Positions 36,346 to 50,376 of a DNA stretch of 64,000 nt are shown here, piece by piece. The stretch spans positions 389,248 to 453,247 of the forward strand of contig NC_057751.1 of the NCBI RefSeq assembly GCF_004010195.1, written 5' to 3'. Position numbers and translations under genes: made by a program. Numbering within the stretch: the first letter of the stretch is position 1; each line of letters starts with the position of its first letter. The stretch comes from Chiloscyllium plagiosum (lineage: Eukaryota). The notes beneath the pieces were generated by a model. The model searched no databases, had not been told where the DNA came from, and saw nothing but the letters and a program-made list of their open reading frames with translations.

Positions 36346-39300
36346 ACAACTGTCCATGAAGTTGGTGAGGTCACCCCTGAACGCTGCTCAAAAGGGACCG
36401 ATCAGATTGATTCTGTTTTCAAAAAAAAGGCGAGAGGTTTAGCATTCAATTGAGAGCTCAGACGATACTTCCATTCATGGGGGATTGTCAAACTGGGGAA
36501 TATGGTGAAAGAAGGGGGAGGGGGAAGCACTCTGAGATGCAAAAGAATTTCTTCTCCCAGAGCGTCACGAGAACATCTGGAATTGTTGGCTACAAAAGAG
36601 GCTCAATCTCTGGCAGTAGTTAAAGGAGGTTTAAAGTACAAAGACTACATCTGGATGACTGTAAGCAGCTATGGTCTCCTTATTTAAGGGATAACTGCTT
36701 TGGACACAATTGAGATAAGATTCACTTTAATGGAGGAATTATGAGTAAAAGTTAAACAGCTGGGGATTCTATTCCCTGTGTCTGAAAAATGAGGCGATCT
36801 TATTGCAACATATGAGCTCGGTTAAGGGTTTGACAGGGTTGCCTCAGACGGGGTACAGTTTCAGAATTAAGGGTCACCCATTTAAGACAGCTGAGAAGGA
36901 ACTTCTTGCAACAAATAATTATGAGGGTTGAGTCTTTCTGTATACTTAAAGCAGAGATAGATTTTTGATCATTGGAGGAGTCGAGGGTTACAGAGAAAAG
37001 GAAAGAAAGTGGATACAAGGAATATCAGACCCCTGGGGCCAATTTCTATGGTACAATGACAGTATGAAATTGTTCAATCATTATCTTCTCTCAGGGTGGA
37101 TTAAATGACCCACTCCTATTCCTCCTCACTCAAACAGCAGCCAGAGAGTCAGGCTAGAGATCACCACCCAGGCAGAATGGCATTAACATACCAATGATTG
37201 AGATTCCACCATGGTATGGGATCAAATAAATTCCTAACATTTACCACCTTCAGTAATTCCCTTTCATCACAGTCATGGGTTTATTCCTCCTCGTTGGAGA
37301 CTCTCGCTCCACAGCACTACTCTAACTTTCAAGGCAATCATCTCTCATTCTTTGAAACGCTAGAGAATACAGGGCCAATTTCCACGATCTGTCCTCATAA
37401 CACAAGTTTGCTAGCCAGGGATCAGTCTAGTGAATCTTCTTCTATCATAAATGTGCCCCTCCATGGATGAAAGGATAAAAACTGCATGCAAAGCTCTTAA
37501 TGTCTCAGTCAAGCTACGTACAATTGCAAGACACCTTATTAAATTAGTGCTTCGTCTCAGTGCTTGCCCAAACTGTCCACTGTCATAGGTGCCTGGAGTC
37601 TGTCATCTCTGGTATAATTCTAATAAACTTTCTTTGCACCTGTGCCAAGCCAACTTTTTATAACTTTATTGTTTGGATACTCTCCGCTTCTTTCTAAAGC
37701 CAATTTAGGAGATTGCAAACTATTCATGTGCCATTCATCATTGCTTTGCGAATCCTACCGTCACTAAATCCTGAGTTGATTCTATTAAATGGAACAGGAA
37801 TCATTTTCTTCCAGGCCCATTCTTTACAAGGACAAGACTACTCGATTGTAAGCAGCTCACTGATCTCGCATACACTTTAGCACAACTGAATTGATCTCTC
37901 ATGATACAAGGATGTGGGAGAACCCACAGTTATGTGTGTGTTGAATTTACACCCTTTAGGTAGAATGCTCCAAACACGAACTTGCATTCATACAGGATCT
38001 TGCATCATTATTCAACATTGTCAAGCCCATGAAAATAGTTTCTGCAATGCAGTCATTAGTGTCCTCTCAGCTGCATGCAGCCAATTGTCAAACAGCAAGC
38101 TCTTATGACCAGCACATGGTCAAATAACGCATTGTCTACTGTTTGTTGAATGACAAACATTGGCCAGAACATCATGGAGACTTAGTGATCAGTGTTAGTA
38201 CAAAATCTTTTATAGCCACCTGAAGGAGCAGGCAGGGCCTCAACTTCATACCTTTCCTCCCGAGGATGGTATCCCCAACACTGCAGCATCAGTGTCAGCC
38301 TTAAGTTTTGCGTCAAACAACTTGAATCCATAACCTTCTGATGCAGAGGTTCCACATCTGACAATGGCAAGCAAAGAGAAAGATTGCTTTGGACTGAAAT
38401 TTAAGGACAGGCATCTTCCAGTGAAGACCCATGTCAAACACTGGTGTACAAAATGATTGTGCATGACACCTACTAGGATACAATCACTCATGACATAATT
38501 AGATTTCATAAGACTTGATTAGAACAAACCAACAGAACCAGTGAAAATACTTCTAAAATGATGGGAGCCAGCTTTCGACTTACCCACTTAGAGAAAAATT
38601 TTTCAAGATGACTCATTATCACCATGAAATACAGTGGTATCTACCAAGAAGTGGGTTCCTGAAGGACTCAGTACTGATTGTCAAGCAGTTCCACAGATTC
38701 TCAAGCAAACAAACAAATGCAGACTCCTGAGAGTTTTTTTTATATATTTGGCAGTTCGTTCTGTGAGCTTTCTGCACATTATTTCACATCCCAAAGACTC
38801 TTGGTCATTTCTGATTTTAAGCACAGTTTTAATCTAATTGGATGTCAGATGTAGATGGCATTAAAGTCAAAAACAGTTTCCCCTGTGACCAGGTGTTTTT
38901 CAAGGGAAAACAGATTTTTTAAAAATGAGACATCATGAGGTGCAGTTATTAAAAAAGGAAGAACAAACTTTTGCACCATGAGTTATTCATAAAAGTAATA
39001 CCAACCCAAAAACGACAGAAAGGTGGTGAAGGAGGAGACAGGATTCCTAACTATATTTGGAAGTGGGTGAAGTAATTGAGTAAGAGCATTTTAAAAGAGG
39101 GCATGGGAGAGAAACAGTGGCCAGCTATGTCAGAGAACTGGTTCAGCCACAATATGCTGATGGCTCCACAACCTAGTTCTTCAAATTAAACTCCTGATCT
39201 AACAGACCTGTTTGAGCCAGGACGACTAAAAGTGATATTTGCTACTCTGTCACAACACAACAGAGCTGAAATCAAAACCGTTGAAAGAACCAAAGTGTTG

Positions 39301-40024
39301 ACCAGTTATCAGGAAGCATGAAATCAGAAGGACAAATGCAATGGGGGCTATGATGTGTGTGAAGGCTTAAAGACAAATTCAATAAAGATTAAACAGGTCA
39401 CAACATGTGATGTTCAAATTCTTGTTTAATTTCAAAAACACAAACCAAAATGGGTACCTTGAGAAACAAACACAGCAAGCACATTTCTACAACACCCTTC
39501 ACAAAACAACCAAAAGGCCAGGGCCACTGAAAACTGGACACCAAAGGAGGGTCAGATTTGGTGGCAATGAGGGAACTGGTGAGGTCAAATGCAGCTGGCA
39601 ATTAATCCCCAAAATGACCCAGAAGCAGCCTGATTTTGAGCTTTGAGACAAGCAGCTGAGTCAGATCAAACTGGAGACAGTAAGACCATGAAAAAGATTT
39701 GAAATCCTGATGCTCGGAGTCAAAGTCTACATACTGTAGCGCAAGGAATCTTGCAGCTTTGGGACGACAAGGCTTCTGCTGTGTCTTGAAGTGGTGACAG
39801 GTCATTGAATCCTAATTAGATTGGAATCTCTTCACTGGATTAAGTTGAAGTTGAAGTTGAACCACCACAGTGTCAAGGCATGAATTAGATCTTTGGCAGT
39901 AAGACTTTGAAACAGCTATTTCATTAAGCCTGCTCCTGCAGTGTTTAGCCCAGAGTCAATTTCCATGGACAAATTACACTTTAATGTTGTTGTCGTTCTG
40001 TTTGCCGAGCTGGGAATTTGTGTT

Positions 40025-40064
40025 GCAGATGTTTCGTCCCCTGTCTAGGTGACATCCTCAGTGT
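40025..40064 (-). ncRNA. Hammerhead ribozyme motif, family C (left arm)
   Basis: Minus strand CUGAGGA-U-GUCACCU-AGAC-AGGGGAC-GAAACAUC-UGC. Confidence 0.55.
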
Positions 40065-40612
40065 TTGGGAGCCTCCTGTGAAGCGCTTCTGTGATGTTAC
40101 CTCCGGCATTGATAGTAATTTGTATCTGCCGCTTCCGGTTGTCAATTCCAGCTGTCCGCTGCAGTGGCCGGTATATTGGGTCCAGGTCGATGTGCTTATT
40201 GATTGAATCTGTGGATGAGTGCCATGCCTCTAGGAATTCCCTGGCTGTTCTCGGTTTGGCTTGTCCTATAATTGTAGTGTTGTCCCAGTCGACCTCATGT
40301 TGCTTGTCATCTGAGTGTGTGGCTACTAAGGACATGACCAGCTCTCCTTAGTAGCCACATACACAGATGACAAGCAACATGAGTTCGGTTGGGACAACAC
40401 TACGATTATAGGACAAGCCAAACAGAGAACAGCCAGGGAATTCCTAGAGGCAAGGCACTCATCCACAGATTCAATCAATAAGCACATCGACCTGGACCCA
40501 ATATACCGGCCACTGCAGCGGACAGCTGGAACTGACAACCGGAAGCGGCAGATACAAATCACTATAAATGCCGGAGGAAACATCACAGAAGCGCTTCACA
40601 GGAGGCTCCCAA

Positions 40613-40652
40613 GCACTGAGGGTGTCACCTAGACAGGGGACGAAACGTCGCA
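40613..40652 (+). ncRNA. Hammerhead ribozyme motif, family C (right arm; A9->G variant)
   Basis: GCA-CUGAGGG-U-GUCACCU-AGAC-AGGGGAC-GAAACGUC. Confidence 0.5.
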
Positions 40653-42649
40653 ACACAAATTCCCAGCTCGGTGAACACAACCACAACAAGCACCCGAGCT
40701 ACAAATCATCGCACAAACTTTGTACACTTTAATGTACTTAAACTACTCTTTCACTCCATTCCAGGTCACAAGTCACAGCAGCAAACAAAAATCCTCAATT
40801 CCTCCTTACGTATTTGTTTTAAAAACCAATTATCTTAAATCTATCCCCTCAGATATCCAACCCCATGCCAAAAGGTGAAAACAAAGACTAACTCCTATTT
40901 TGTCTCACAAAGCCATTCATAATTTGACAAACCTTCAAAGCAAAGCAATGCCAAAATTGTAATGACTTCGCACACACTGAGTTAAGAAATCCAAGAGATT
41001 TCTTGGCAACAAATGATCTGTATGAGAGCTTACAAAGTAGCCAGGGTGTAGGACCAGAAGTTCCTAATTTGCAGCTCCTTCTCTGGATTAATTGAGCTCC
41101 ACTTTATAGTGCATATTTTTCTTCTTTCACAAACAATTTGGATTTTATTGACAAACATGACATAATAGACAACCTGGACTCTTTCAAACAACTAAAATCT
41201 ACCACTTATTTACACAGATGAATGAAGCTGCTGCAATATTAAGGTGTGGCTCAATAGTTATGTTACCTGATTGCCAACAAGTAATAAAATTTGGTGAAGA
41301 TAAGGGAGAAAATTGTAGTGATCAGAGAAGGTCTGTGCAGAAGCAGATCAAATCATGACTTAAAAAAATGTGGAGGATAAATATTTCTGAAGGAATCATT
41401 TGACAGCTGTAGTGAAAGATCAAATCTAATGACTAACTCTTTCCAAAGGCCAACAGAAACACAGTATAGTCTTTGTCCATACTGAAGAAATTAAGCTGCA
41501 CATGTAAACCTCAAAGGACAGGAGACTGTTTAACAGTTTCAAACAGGTAGACCAGTACAGACAAACTCTATGTTCTTCAATGTTTACCGAGAGGAAGTGC
41601 AAGCTTCTTTAAGACATTAGACCAGCAACTCTCAGCAAAGTGAAAGAGAGAGATGATGCTGGCTATCAGCGGTGCGAGAGAGAAACCTGACGTCAGATCT
41701 GTGGCTGCTCTCAGTAAACTACAGCAGGTATTGGGGATTACACCTTAAGAGGAATACAGAGGCGATTTATAATGTTGAAGGGGCAAGACTGAATCAAACT
41801 TATAGAACAATAAAAGAAAGTGAGGATCAAAAAGTATTGTCAAATTGGTGGGAAACTAACAGTTTGGCAAGCATGAGGAATTTAGGAAAATTGGCATTAA
41901 AGTAATGGCACGAGAAAAATTATTAAGATCAACATTCGTCACATCTCCTAGATCTGATGGTCTATGTCCTCAAGATGTAGATGATGTCTTTAGAAACAAT
42001 GGTTGCATTGAATGCAATTGTCCAAAACTGCCCAGATACGACAATAATCTCTTGATTGGAAAGTAGCAAATGCACCAAGAGCATGTTGTACTGACATGCT
42101 CTCTAATGTCACACAAAGTCCCAAACCATTTCACAGGGACATTAGAAAAGTAGGTGTGGCACTGAAAACCACATGATGATGAGAGGGACGATGACCAAAG
42201 ATTTGGTCAAGAATTACGCTCTAATGAGGGGCTTAAAGGAGAAAGAAGGCAGAGGTGAAGGTACAGTCACAGTGAAGGGATGAACATTAGGGATGTTCCA
42301 GAATTACAGCAGCACATACTTTGAAGGGTTTTTACACTGGAGATGACGGCAAAGATTAGGTCACGAAAGGCTGTGAAAATAAGGCAAAAAAGTTTAAAAT
42401 TGAGATGCCACTTGACAGAGAGACTATGTTGGTTACCAAGTCTGGGGGCTGTTTCATAACACCTAGTCTAAGTTCAGATGTGGAACGTGGCTATTCAAGA
42501 AACCAGAGTGAAAAAACAGGGTGCAATAAACCAGTTAGTACAGCAGCAGGAATCAGTAAAATGCTCAAATTTTGCCTCAAATTACATCGAGGCAATCAGG
42601 AAATTCTATCCTGGTAATCAATACAGAATTCAAGAGAAGCTGCGTTTTG

Positions 42650-44030
42650 AGAACTTATGTGCAATTTAATGTTGTAATGTAACTAGCAGTGTAGGCCAGT
42701 GGCAACCAATATATATGTGGTTTATTTGGACTTAGAGAAGCAAATCACAACATGCCACATGAAACAAAAGTGCTAAATAAGGATCTATGGAATTGGAGAC
42801 ACCAGTTTAACATTGAGAATTTATTAATAGATATGAAGTAGTCATTATTGGGTTGTCACTTGTGGTACAAGGATGTGAGACTCAGCTATTTCCACTCAGC
42901 GTCCATAATAGTGAGGAAGAAGCCAGAAGAGTTCGTTAATAGTTGACTTTGCACAAAGAGGAATGTGTAAAGAGAGATTAAGTGCCTAGGTAAGAATGGC
43001 ATGTGGATGAACATCATGGGGAAATACGTGAAGTTGTCTGCTGAAGTGGAGAAACAAAGTGTAATACTTATCAATGCTCGAAAACAAGAAAAAGTCCATG
43101 TTCAGTGGGACCTTGACGCTGTCATACATGAATCTCCAAGTTAACAAACAGATATAACAAGTAATGACTGTCAAGCGACAAAGGAGGATGACATTCAGTC
43201 CAACAAAAACAAATCACCTAGTGTCAACTCTTCTGCCTTTTTCCCCAAAGCCTTGCAGTTTTTGCCCTTCAAATAAAGATTCACTTGTCTTTTGTGCACA
43301 ATTGAATCTACCTTCTCAGGTTCAATAAAGAGAACACATGCACATTCTTTATTACAAAGGCCCTGGAGTGAAGAATTCACTGAAATAAGGTCAAGCTGCA
43401 CATGAGACCACATCTGGTGCAGTGTGTACAGTTTTGGTCTCCTTACCCAATGAAGGACATACTCGTGTTAGATGGGTCGATTTCCTGAAGAAGGGCTTAC
43501 GCCCGAAATGTCGATTCTCCTGTTCCTTTGATGCTGCCTGACCTGCTGCGCTTTTCCAGCAACACATTTTTAAGCTCTGATCTCCAGCATTTGCAGTCCT
43601 CACTTTCACCAAGTTTCACCAGACTGAAAATCTGGAATACCGCGACGGTCCTACAATGGGATATTTTGTAGACTCTGCTTATATCAGAGTTTAGAAGAGA
43701 GATGACGTAATCAAAACAAAGTACTCTGAAATGCATCAATAGGCTAAATGCTTATGTGATATTTCCCCTGGCTGCACAGTGTGAAACTAGTGCTCAATTG
43801 TTGAATAACAGGTCAATGATTTACAGCTGAGATGAGGAGAATTAATTTAGTTCTCCGGATTGTGAACATTTGGACAATCCTAACTCAGATGTGAAGTCAA
43901 CAATAAATAGATGTTTGGATATTAAGGGACTAAAGCAATGTGAGGATTGAATCGAGGGTACAGCTGGGCATTAGCCACAGACATACTGAATGACTGAAAA
44001 GGTTCAAAGGGCTGAATGGACTACTCTCGC
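42650..44030 (+). mobile_element. Old, fragmented CR1 LINE remnant (with nested insertions)
   Basis: Degenerate RT/3' motifs (GAGACCACATCTGG..TGTGTACAGTTTTGGTCTCCTTAC; GAGATGAGGAGAAT; GGCTGAATGGACTACTC). Confidence 0.6.
43482..43610 (+). mobile_element. Family A short PLE-derived element with hammerhead core at its 5' end
   Basis: TTCCTGAAGAAGGGCTTACGCCCGAAATGTCGATTCTCCTG...CTCACTTTC. Confidence 0.8.
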
Positions 44031-46735
44031 TTAAAAATTGTATCAAGGCTCACAGAGGGATAAAATGGCAAAACATGTCAACGTTGCATGTTGTGGCAAT
44101 ACGTGAATCTGAATGGACAGTCTTATGAAGGGATATTCAGGAGAGGGCAGTGTGGAGAGAAGATGCCATGAGCATGTTGGGAAGGAACAAGTGGGAATTC
44201 CCAAAGCTTACTACCACTGACTTCTAGGTCAGTTGTAGACTAGCCATAATCAACAAGTCATTTATCACATTATTGGACCATTAGGATGGGGGAAAACTCC
44301 ATCTCTAAAGGACCTCAGTCTTCCATCATTTCACAATATGTATGTTCTTCTGCAGAGCTGACAATGCATAACAAGACATACTGGGAGGAATGATTCGAAA
44401 TGAAGTGACACCAAAAACAGGAACAAATGCTGAACTTTGTGAGGAACATGTGACAAAGAGGGGCTCAGTGCCAGATAATGGATTTTAAAAATGCACATGA
44501 AGGTGGTGAGGTGTTTAGGAGAACAGTCAAGGGGATCAAGAAATCATTTACTGAAACAAAAGCTATAAGCTGAGCATTCATATACTGGCAACATCTGAAA
44601 CTCAAAATGCAAACTTGTTCTTTCTCAAAAGCCTCACTTAATTATGTGGGTTAAAATAATTGCAATGTTAAGCCAGAGATAATCAACTTGCATTCAAGCA
44701 GCAACCTTCTCATCGTGAAAGATGCAGAGCCCTTCACAGCATTTAATTAAACCAAGTTTGGTACCAGGCTACCTAATGAGATTTTAGGATGCTTGTTTAA
44801 AGCAACATCCACAGAGCAAGTGGTAGAAAAACAAAGACAAGGATTGAATATAATTGTGGTGGAACCTTTGTATATCAGCGAAGACAGGTAAACAGTGTGA
44901 CTTACCACTGCATCAAGTGCATCAGATGCACCAGCCTAATTAGAAAAGACCATACTACATTTCACATTCTGAACAGGACTTTGTTTGGTATTACCTTGTA
45001 CAGAATGTCCTCGACCTACTGCCTCCAATGCAACTCATGAAAAAGATACTATGGATGCTCAAACTACCATGATAATTCAAAGTCCAGTCCACAAACATTC
45101 AAGTTGCCAGTTCAGAAAGGAGTCAGGCTAAGTACTTGATTGCAATTTGAAGCCGGGAGCAAATTTATGCTAAATTGCCAGAAAACTGGATCCAGCCAAA
45201 TTGTTGCTTTTGTCCAGGACAGGTAGTTGAACTCCAAGATCTGTGCAAGACATAAAGTTGTCTCTTTCAAAAAGATGAGGTGGTCAGGGTTTCTCACTGT
45301 CATTATTCCACACCATCATTTATCAACACATCATACAGTCACAAATGAGCCAGTTACGAGGCCCATTGTTTTGTGGAAGCATTTGCGAAATCCTGTGGGA
45401 TTTAAAGCACTGCCCTCATTTTCCCAAGAAACCGGCCAGCCTGTGGTGATGGTAGTAGACAAGAAATAGCATTATGGCTCCTATCAGTTATTTTATAAGT
45501 ATTTTTTAAGATGGCAAATAATGTTGGCATAGTCAGAATTGGTCAGCTCTATGTCCCAAGACGGAAATGAAACAACTCATTGCTGTGGGCTTGGAGTCAC
45601 ATGTAGACCAGAACAGACAAGGATGAGAGATTTCCTTCCCGAAAGGACATCAGTGAACCAGTGATTTTGACAAGACTTTGACAGCTTGACAGTTAGTCTC
45701 CTGATCAGAGTTTAATTTTTATTTCGAGATTGAGACCTGGTCAGCAAACGTGTCTTGATTTTGGACCCTAATTTTTGCACTGTGCTAAGAAATTAAAAGA
45801 TATTCGCTTTTGACTTCATAAAATATTTCTAAAAGTTGCTCCTTTTATGGCATACCACACAATTATGAGCAGCAGTTTTAAGTAGACTTTCACTGTGTAT
45901 GGGCAGGCTTCAGGGCTAAGTACAAGATATCAATTTCAACAAAAGGCAAGAATAATTGTTTTGGGAGAACAGAGCAGATAATATTCAACATGCAGACACA
46001 CACCAGAGGGAGAATCATCCCAATGGGCAGCTGATGGCTCATTTTGGGAGCATGCTGGTGGATGCGGACATCAAGACCTGGTTAAGATAATTGGTAAAGG
46101 GAGCCAAAAAAGGTTGACGCGCAGCAATATTTCTTTTTTACAAATAAGTTTGTTGTTAAGAATGTGCTGCTTCAAAAATACTAACTCCCAAAATCAAATG
46201 GATAAATAATTCAAAATTGAACATTTGCAGACCCAGGGCACATTGAGAAAGTGGGAATAGTTTGACAGCTCCTGCAAGATGGGTCAAAATGACTTCCTGA
46301 TGTGCTGCAGGATTCCAGACAATTGCACAAACTCATTCCTTATTGCTACAAGAAGCGGGAACATCATCTCTTGCCTGCTCTGGATGGGTTGTGGAAGATC
46401 ACCACTCTGAACATGCACAATGGTCTGTCCTGCCATCAGACGAAGGTTTGGAAGTAAGCGGTCTCTCCAAGATGGTTTGGCTGCACAAGTACAATGGTTT
46501 GGCTGCACAACTAGCAACTAGAGAATCATGTTAGGCAATTAGAGGCTAGCAACAGGGATAAAGTTGAATTAATCCACAATAACAGACTTAGTAACTTGGT
46601 ACTGGAGCCCAGCTACCTCCTGTAACTATCTGCAAGGGTCTCCACAGGGTAACACCCCAGTGGATAGGTGGCCCCAAGTGATGAGCAGGAACCTTACTCT
46701 CACTGTCCAGATAGAAACCTGTTCTCATTCTCTCT

Positions 46736-46738
<3 letters not shown>

Positions 46739-46781
<43 letters not shown>
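46739..46781. repeat. (CA)n microsatellite
   Basis: Direct reading. Confidence 0.95.
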
Positions 46782-46783
<2 letters not shown>

Positions 46784-46957
46784 TAAGGCTCTGAAGATTT
46801 TATCAATTACATTCTATGTTGTTTGGCCTCTGGCAAATGGAATTTAAGTGAGATAGAGTAACTCTCGACTAGCTGTGAGGAAATACTGCTATGGAATTAC
46901 CCGAGTTTTAAACAAGCCCAGCTTGTTTGCCAGTGATGGACTCTTCTCTATGCAAGT

Positions 46958-47083
46958 TGAAAGGGGTGGTGCTAGAAAAGCACAGCCAGTCAGGCAGCAT
47001 CTGAGGAGCAGGACCGCCTGTGCTGTTCCAGCACTGCACTTTTAGACTCCAAACTCCAGCATCTGCAGCCCTCACTTTCTCCT
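46958..47083. mobile_element. Collapsed family A fold-back element (central hammerhead region deleted)
   Basis: GTGGTGCTAGAAAAGCACAGC..CAGGCAGCATC..GGAGCAGG joined directly to CTGTGCTGTTCCAGCAC..CTCCAGCATCTGCAG..CTCACTTTCTCC. Confidence 0.65.
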
Positions 47084-50000
47084 CATCTCAATATAACGCA
47101 AACTCCACATTTGGACCATGATTACACATTAAGTATTAAGATGCAAATACAGTGTAACTACAGCCAGAATCCAAACTCTGGGTTGAACTTGAAACAAGGC
47201 TAGACACAAGACTTAAGTCTTGGCTTCAGAGCAAGTTCGATATTAACCTGGAGGTGTGCAATTATCCCAATTATATGAACTTTGAACAGTTCAAATGGAG
47301 TGGGCCCATTACACCGAGGATTGAAATCTCAAGAACTGGTTAGACTGACGCAAGTGGGACACATCACTGGTTTCTGAACTAAGTCACAATTGCTAAGAAT
47401 GGGTGCTGCAGGATTGAGGTTACAAAAAGAATTCAAGATTACATTTTAATTTTGCTTTCAGCCTACAGAATACAAAATCAGCAAAGGTTTGAACATGCAA
47501 GACAAGTATTCCTTTGAGCATACTTTATTTGAATTGTTTAGATTCCAGCAAAGTATACTTTCAGGACTGAATGCATTTCTCCTTAGCTAATCAGAGTGTA
47601 ATGTTGACTTAATCTGATGGAACAATGTTGCCTGTCCACTGATGACACAATCACAATCACAAATAACCTGAGGACCACAGTTGGTTTTTATGAGTTAGCT
47701 AGCAGCAACTCATTCTTTTTGAATTCAGAAAGCAATTCTTATACTGAGTACCGACCACAGAATATGGATAATTAAGGGGTGATTTGATTGCATGGTTGAT
47801 AGAGAGTGTTGAAAAGGCAGATGCAGAGCAAGTATTTTCTCTGGTTTGAGGAGTCCTGTGCAAAAGGACATCATCTTAGATGAGAGGTACACTGTCCAAT
47901 GGTGAAATCAGCACTTCTTCACACCGAAGGCAATGTGGAACTGCCTTCCTCAGAAAAGCAGAGATTGCATCAATCGAAAAATTCACAAATAGATAAAGTT
48001 TGATTGGGCAAACGCACAAGGAAAGAAACCAAGGAGGGTAAATGGACTGATAGATCGATCAGCTGTGACCTAACTAAAGGACTGAATTGCTGTAAGGGTC
48101 TTGTATTCTAACTCTTGCATTTTCAGAAGATGGCATTGATGTGGGATGCATTTGTGTTACTCTCAAGCTTCATTCACCTCAATGAACCAACACTGTCTGA
48201 AAAAGTTAACACTTCTAGGTGGGAAAAACAAACAAAAGGAATTATTTCTACCTGGCACCTACAGCCCAGCTGGAAATGCCCTGTCCTGTGGAACTCAAAT
48301 GTCCGACTGGTGTTTCTCAGTGAACTCATCACTTATTTTTGCAGAACTCAATGTTTTCTTGATTTGGTAGGAGTTGGCATCAAGTCTGAATTAAGCAAAG
48401 TTCCGAGTATTAGAAATTTTAGTCAGTAGTGGGAATAGAGGAACTTGTTCCTGTCACATTATTCAAGACTGAGATGCATGAGCTAAAAGAGAAACCAGAA
48501 CTAAAGTGCAACATAATAGGAGTGTTCACCACATTTTGAACATTGGTTAAAATCTTGGAACTCCACACCTAACAGCATTGTGGAATACCGACACCATATG
48601 GACTGCAGAGATTCCAAGAGATAGCTCACTACCAGCTTCTCAATGGGCGATAGATGGGCAATACACTCTGGCCTCTTTAAAAAAAGCCCAGAACCTACTT
48701 ACACCTTAGGGATATTACAAATCAAACTAAGTAATTTTGTAAGAAAATAATTCAAGCATTATTCCAAGCAAATTTAAACGTAAATGTAATTAGGCCATTA
48801 AGAAAAACATAAAACTCAAGTGAAGACTCAGCAACAACTGTTGGAAACAAAAGACATTCCGCTATTTTTTTGCTGAGCTTTTGAATGAGCAATTCTTGCG
48901 CAGTAACTTCAGAACTTTCATTTTAGGAGTACAGAGAAACCATTTGGCCCAAATAACCTCTTTCATATCAATCAGACTGTAATAAATATCTCCATTGAAT
49001 GGAATTAAATAAGGAATGACTGGTACCTTCAGGTTCTCCTTTCCATTAGGATAGTAATGCCTTGCTTCAGAGTGTGAACACTAACTCACTGGGATTCCTT
49101 CAGCTGGGATAGAAATCACCTTGCAATGGAGTACATTTGGACAGCATTAGTCAGGGTAGCAATAATCTCAACTGGTTTCAAAGTAGAGAAGAGAAAGAAT
49201 TTTCCAGATTTCTTTCAGTGAATGGACCTGGGTTTTTATTTGTGTTGTCCTTCCAGGGAAATGCATGACTTCCAACCTGGCGGCTGACTCTTTTCTGGGG
49301 GAAGAGACAGGCTGGGTGGATGAGTACATGCTTGTCCTGCAGGTCACGGTTTGGATAAAAACAACCGGCTTATCAGGAATCATCTGCAAAGAGGAAGGTT
49401 CTCCTGAAATGTTAACATTACTTCAGTCTCTGAAAAGATGTAGGTGCTACCAGAAATACTGAAATTTACAAGCATTTTCTGTTTTTCTTGCAGTTAAACG
49501 AAACACTCTTTGCTCCTCATTGGAAGTGTTCCCTTGGGCAAAAATGATATCGTTCCAGATGTTGATGGCTCAATCTTTAGAGATTGTAGACATTAGAAGA
49601 ATAAGATCACAATCACGATCAACATTTACTCAATAAGATGGCAGTTTGGCATTGATCTTCCACTTGCACCACGGCCGATCCATCTTTCAACCAGAATTTG
49701 ATTAAAGTTATTCTGCTGTTCCAACAAATTACACACCCCATCCCAAAACAAAATGTCAAGTGCACAATACATTTGACACAAGCTGCAGTATTCAGTGTCA
49801 AACACACAAATGAAATTTCATGCAAGGTCAGGGTGTGGGAGAAATGGGTAATTGCCAGCACTTACTTTGAATGATACAAACTAATAAAACATACTGAATA
49901 ACAGTGAGTGAAATGTACAAACCAAATCGGCCCTAGCCAGTTGTTGTTTCGCTCATTTCATCAGCTTGCCTTCTTATGACCTGTCACTTGGAAAACAAAA

Positions 50001-50187
50001 AATGCTTCACTCAGTGTACTCAGTAAATAAAGTCTCAGGGGAAATAAATCTCTATCCAAGTGTAATAAGGGGTTCCATTTTCAGAAGGCCTCCCTGGAAA
50101 GTCAGTCCCATTTCCAACACTCCCCCACTCGGCCACTATGCCCATAGTTTTTCCTCTCTGGGTCTCCAAAGGCATTTCCTGACAGCT

Positions 50188-50376
<189 letters not shown>

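Larger units (their letters stand above)
39988..40722. mobile_element. Head-to-head inverted Penelope-like element fragment (family C) with 13-bp TSD
   Basis: Arms 39988-40332 (-) and 40345-40722 (+) encode the GIY-YIG C-terminus (HEVDWDNTTIIGQAK..REFLEAWHS..INKHIDLDPIY); TACACTTTAATGT at 39975-39987 and 40723-40735. Confidence 0.88.

Noticed and set aside
47524..49240. Assigning the piwil2 poly(A) site
   Set aside because: Two minus-strand AATAAA candidates (49240-49235 and 47529-47524) cannot be distinguished from sequence alone
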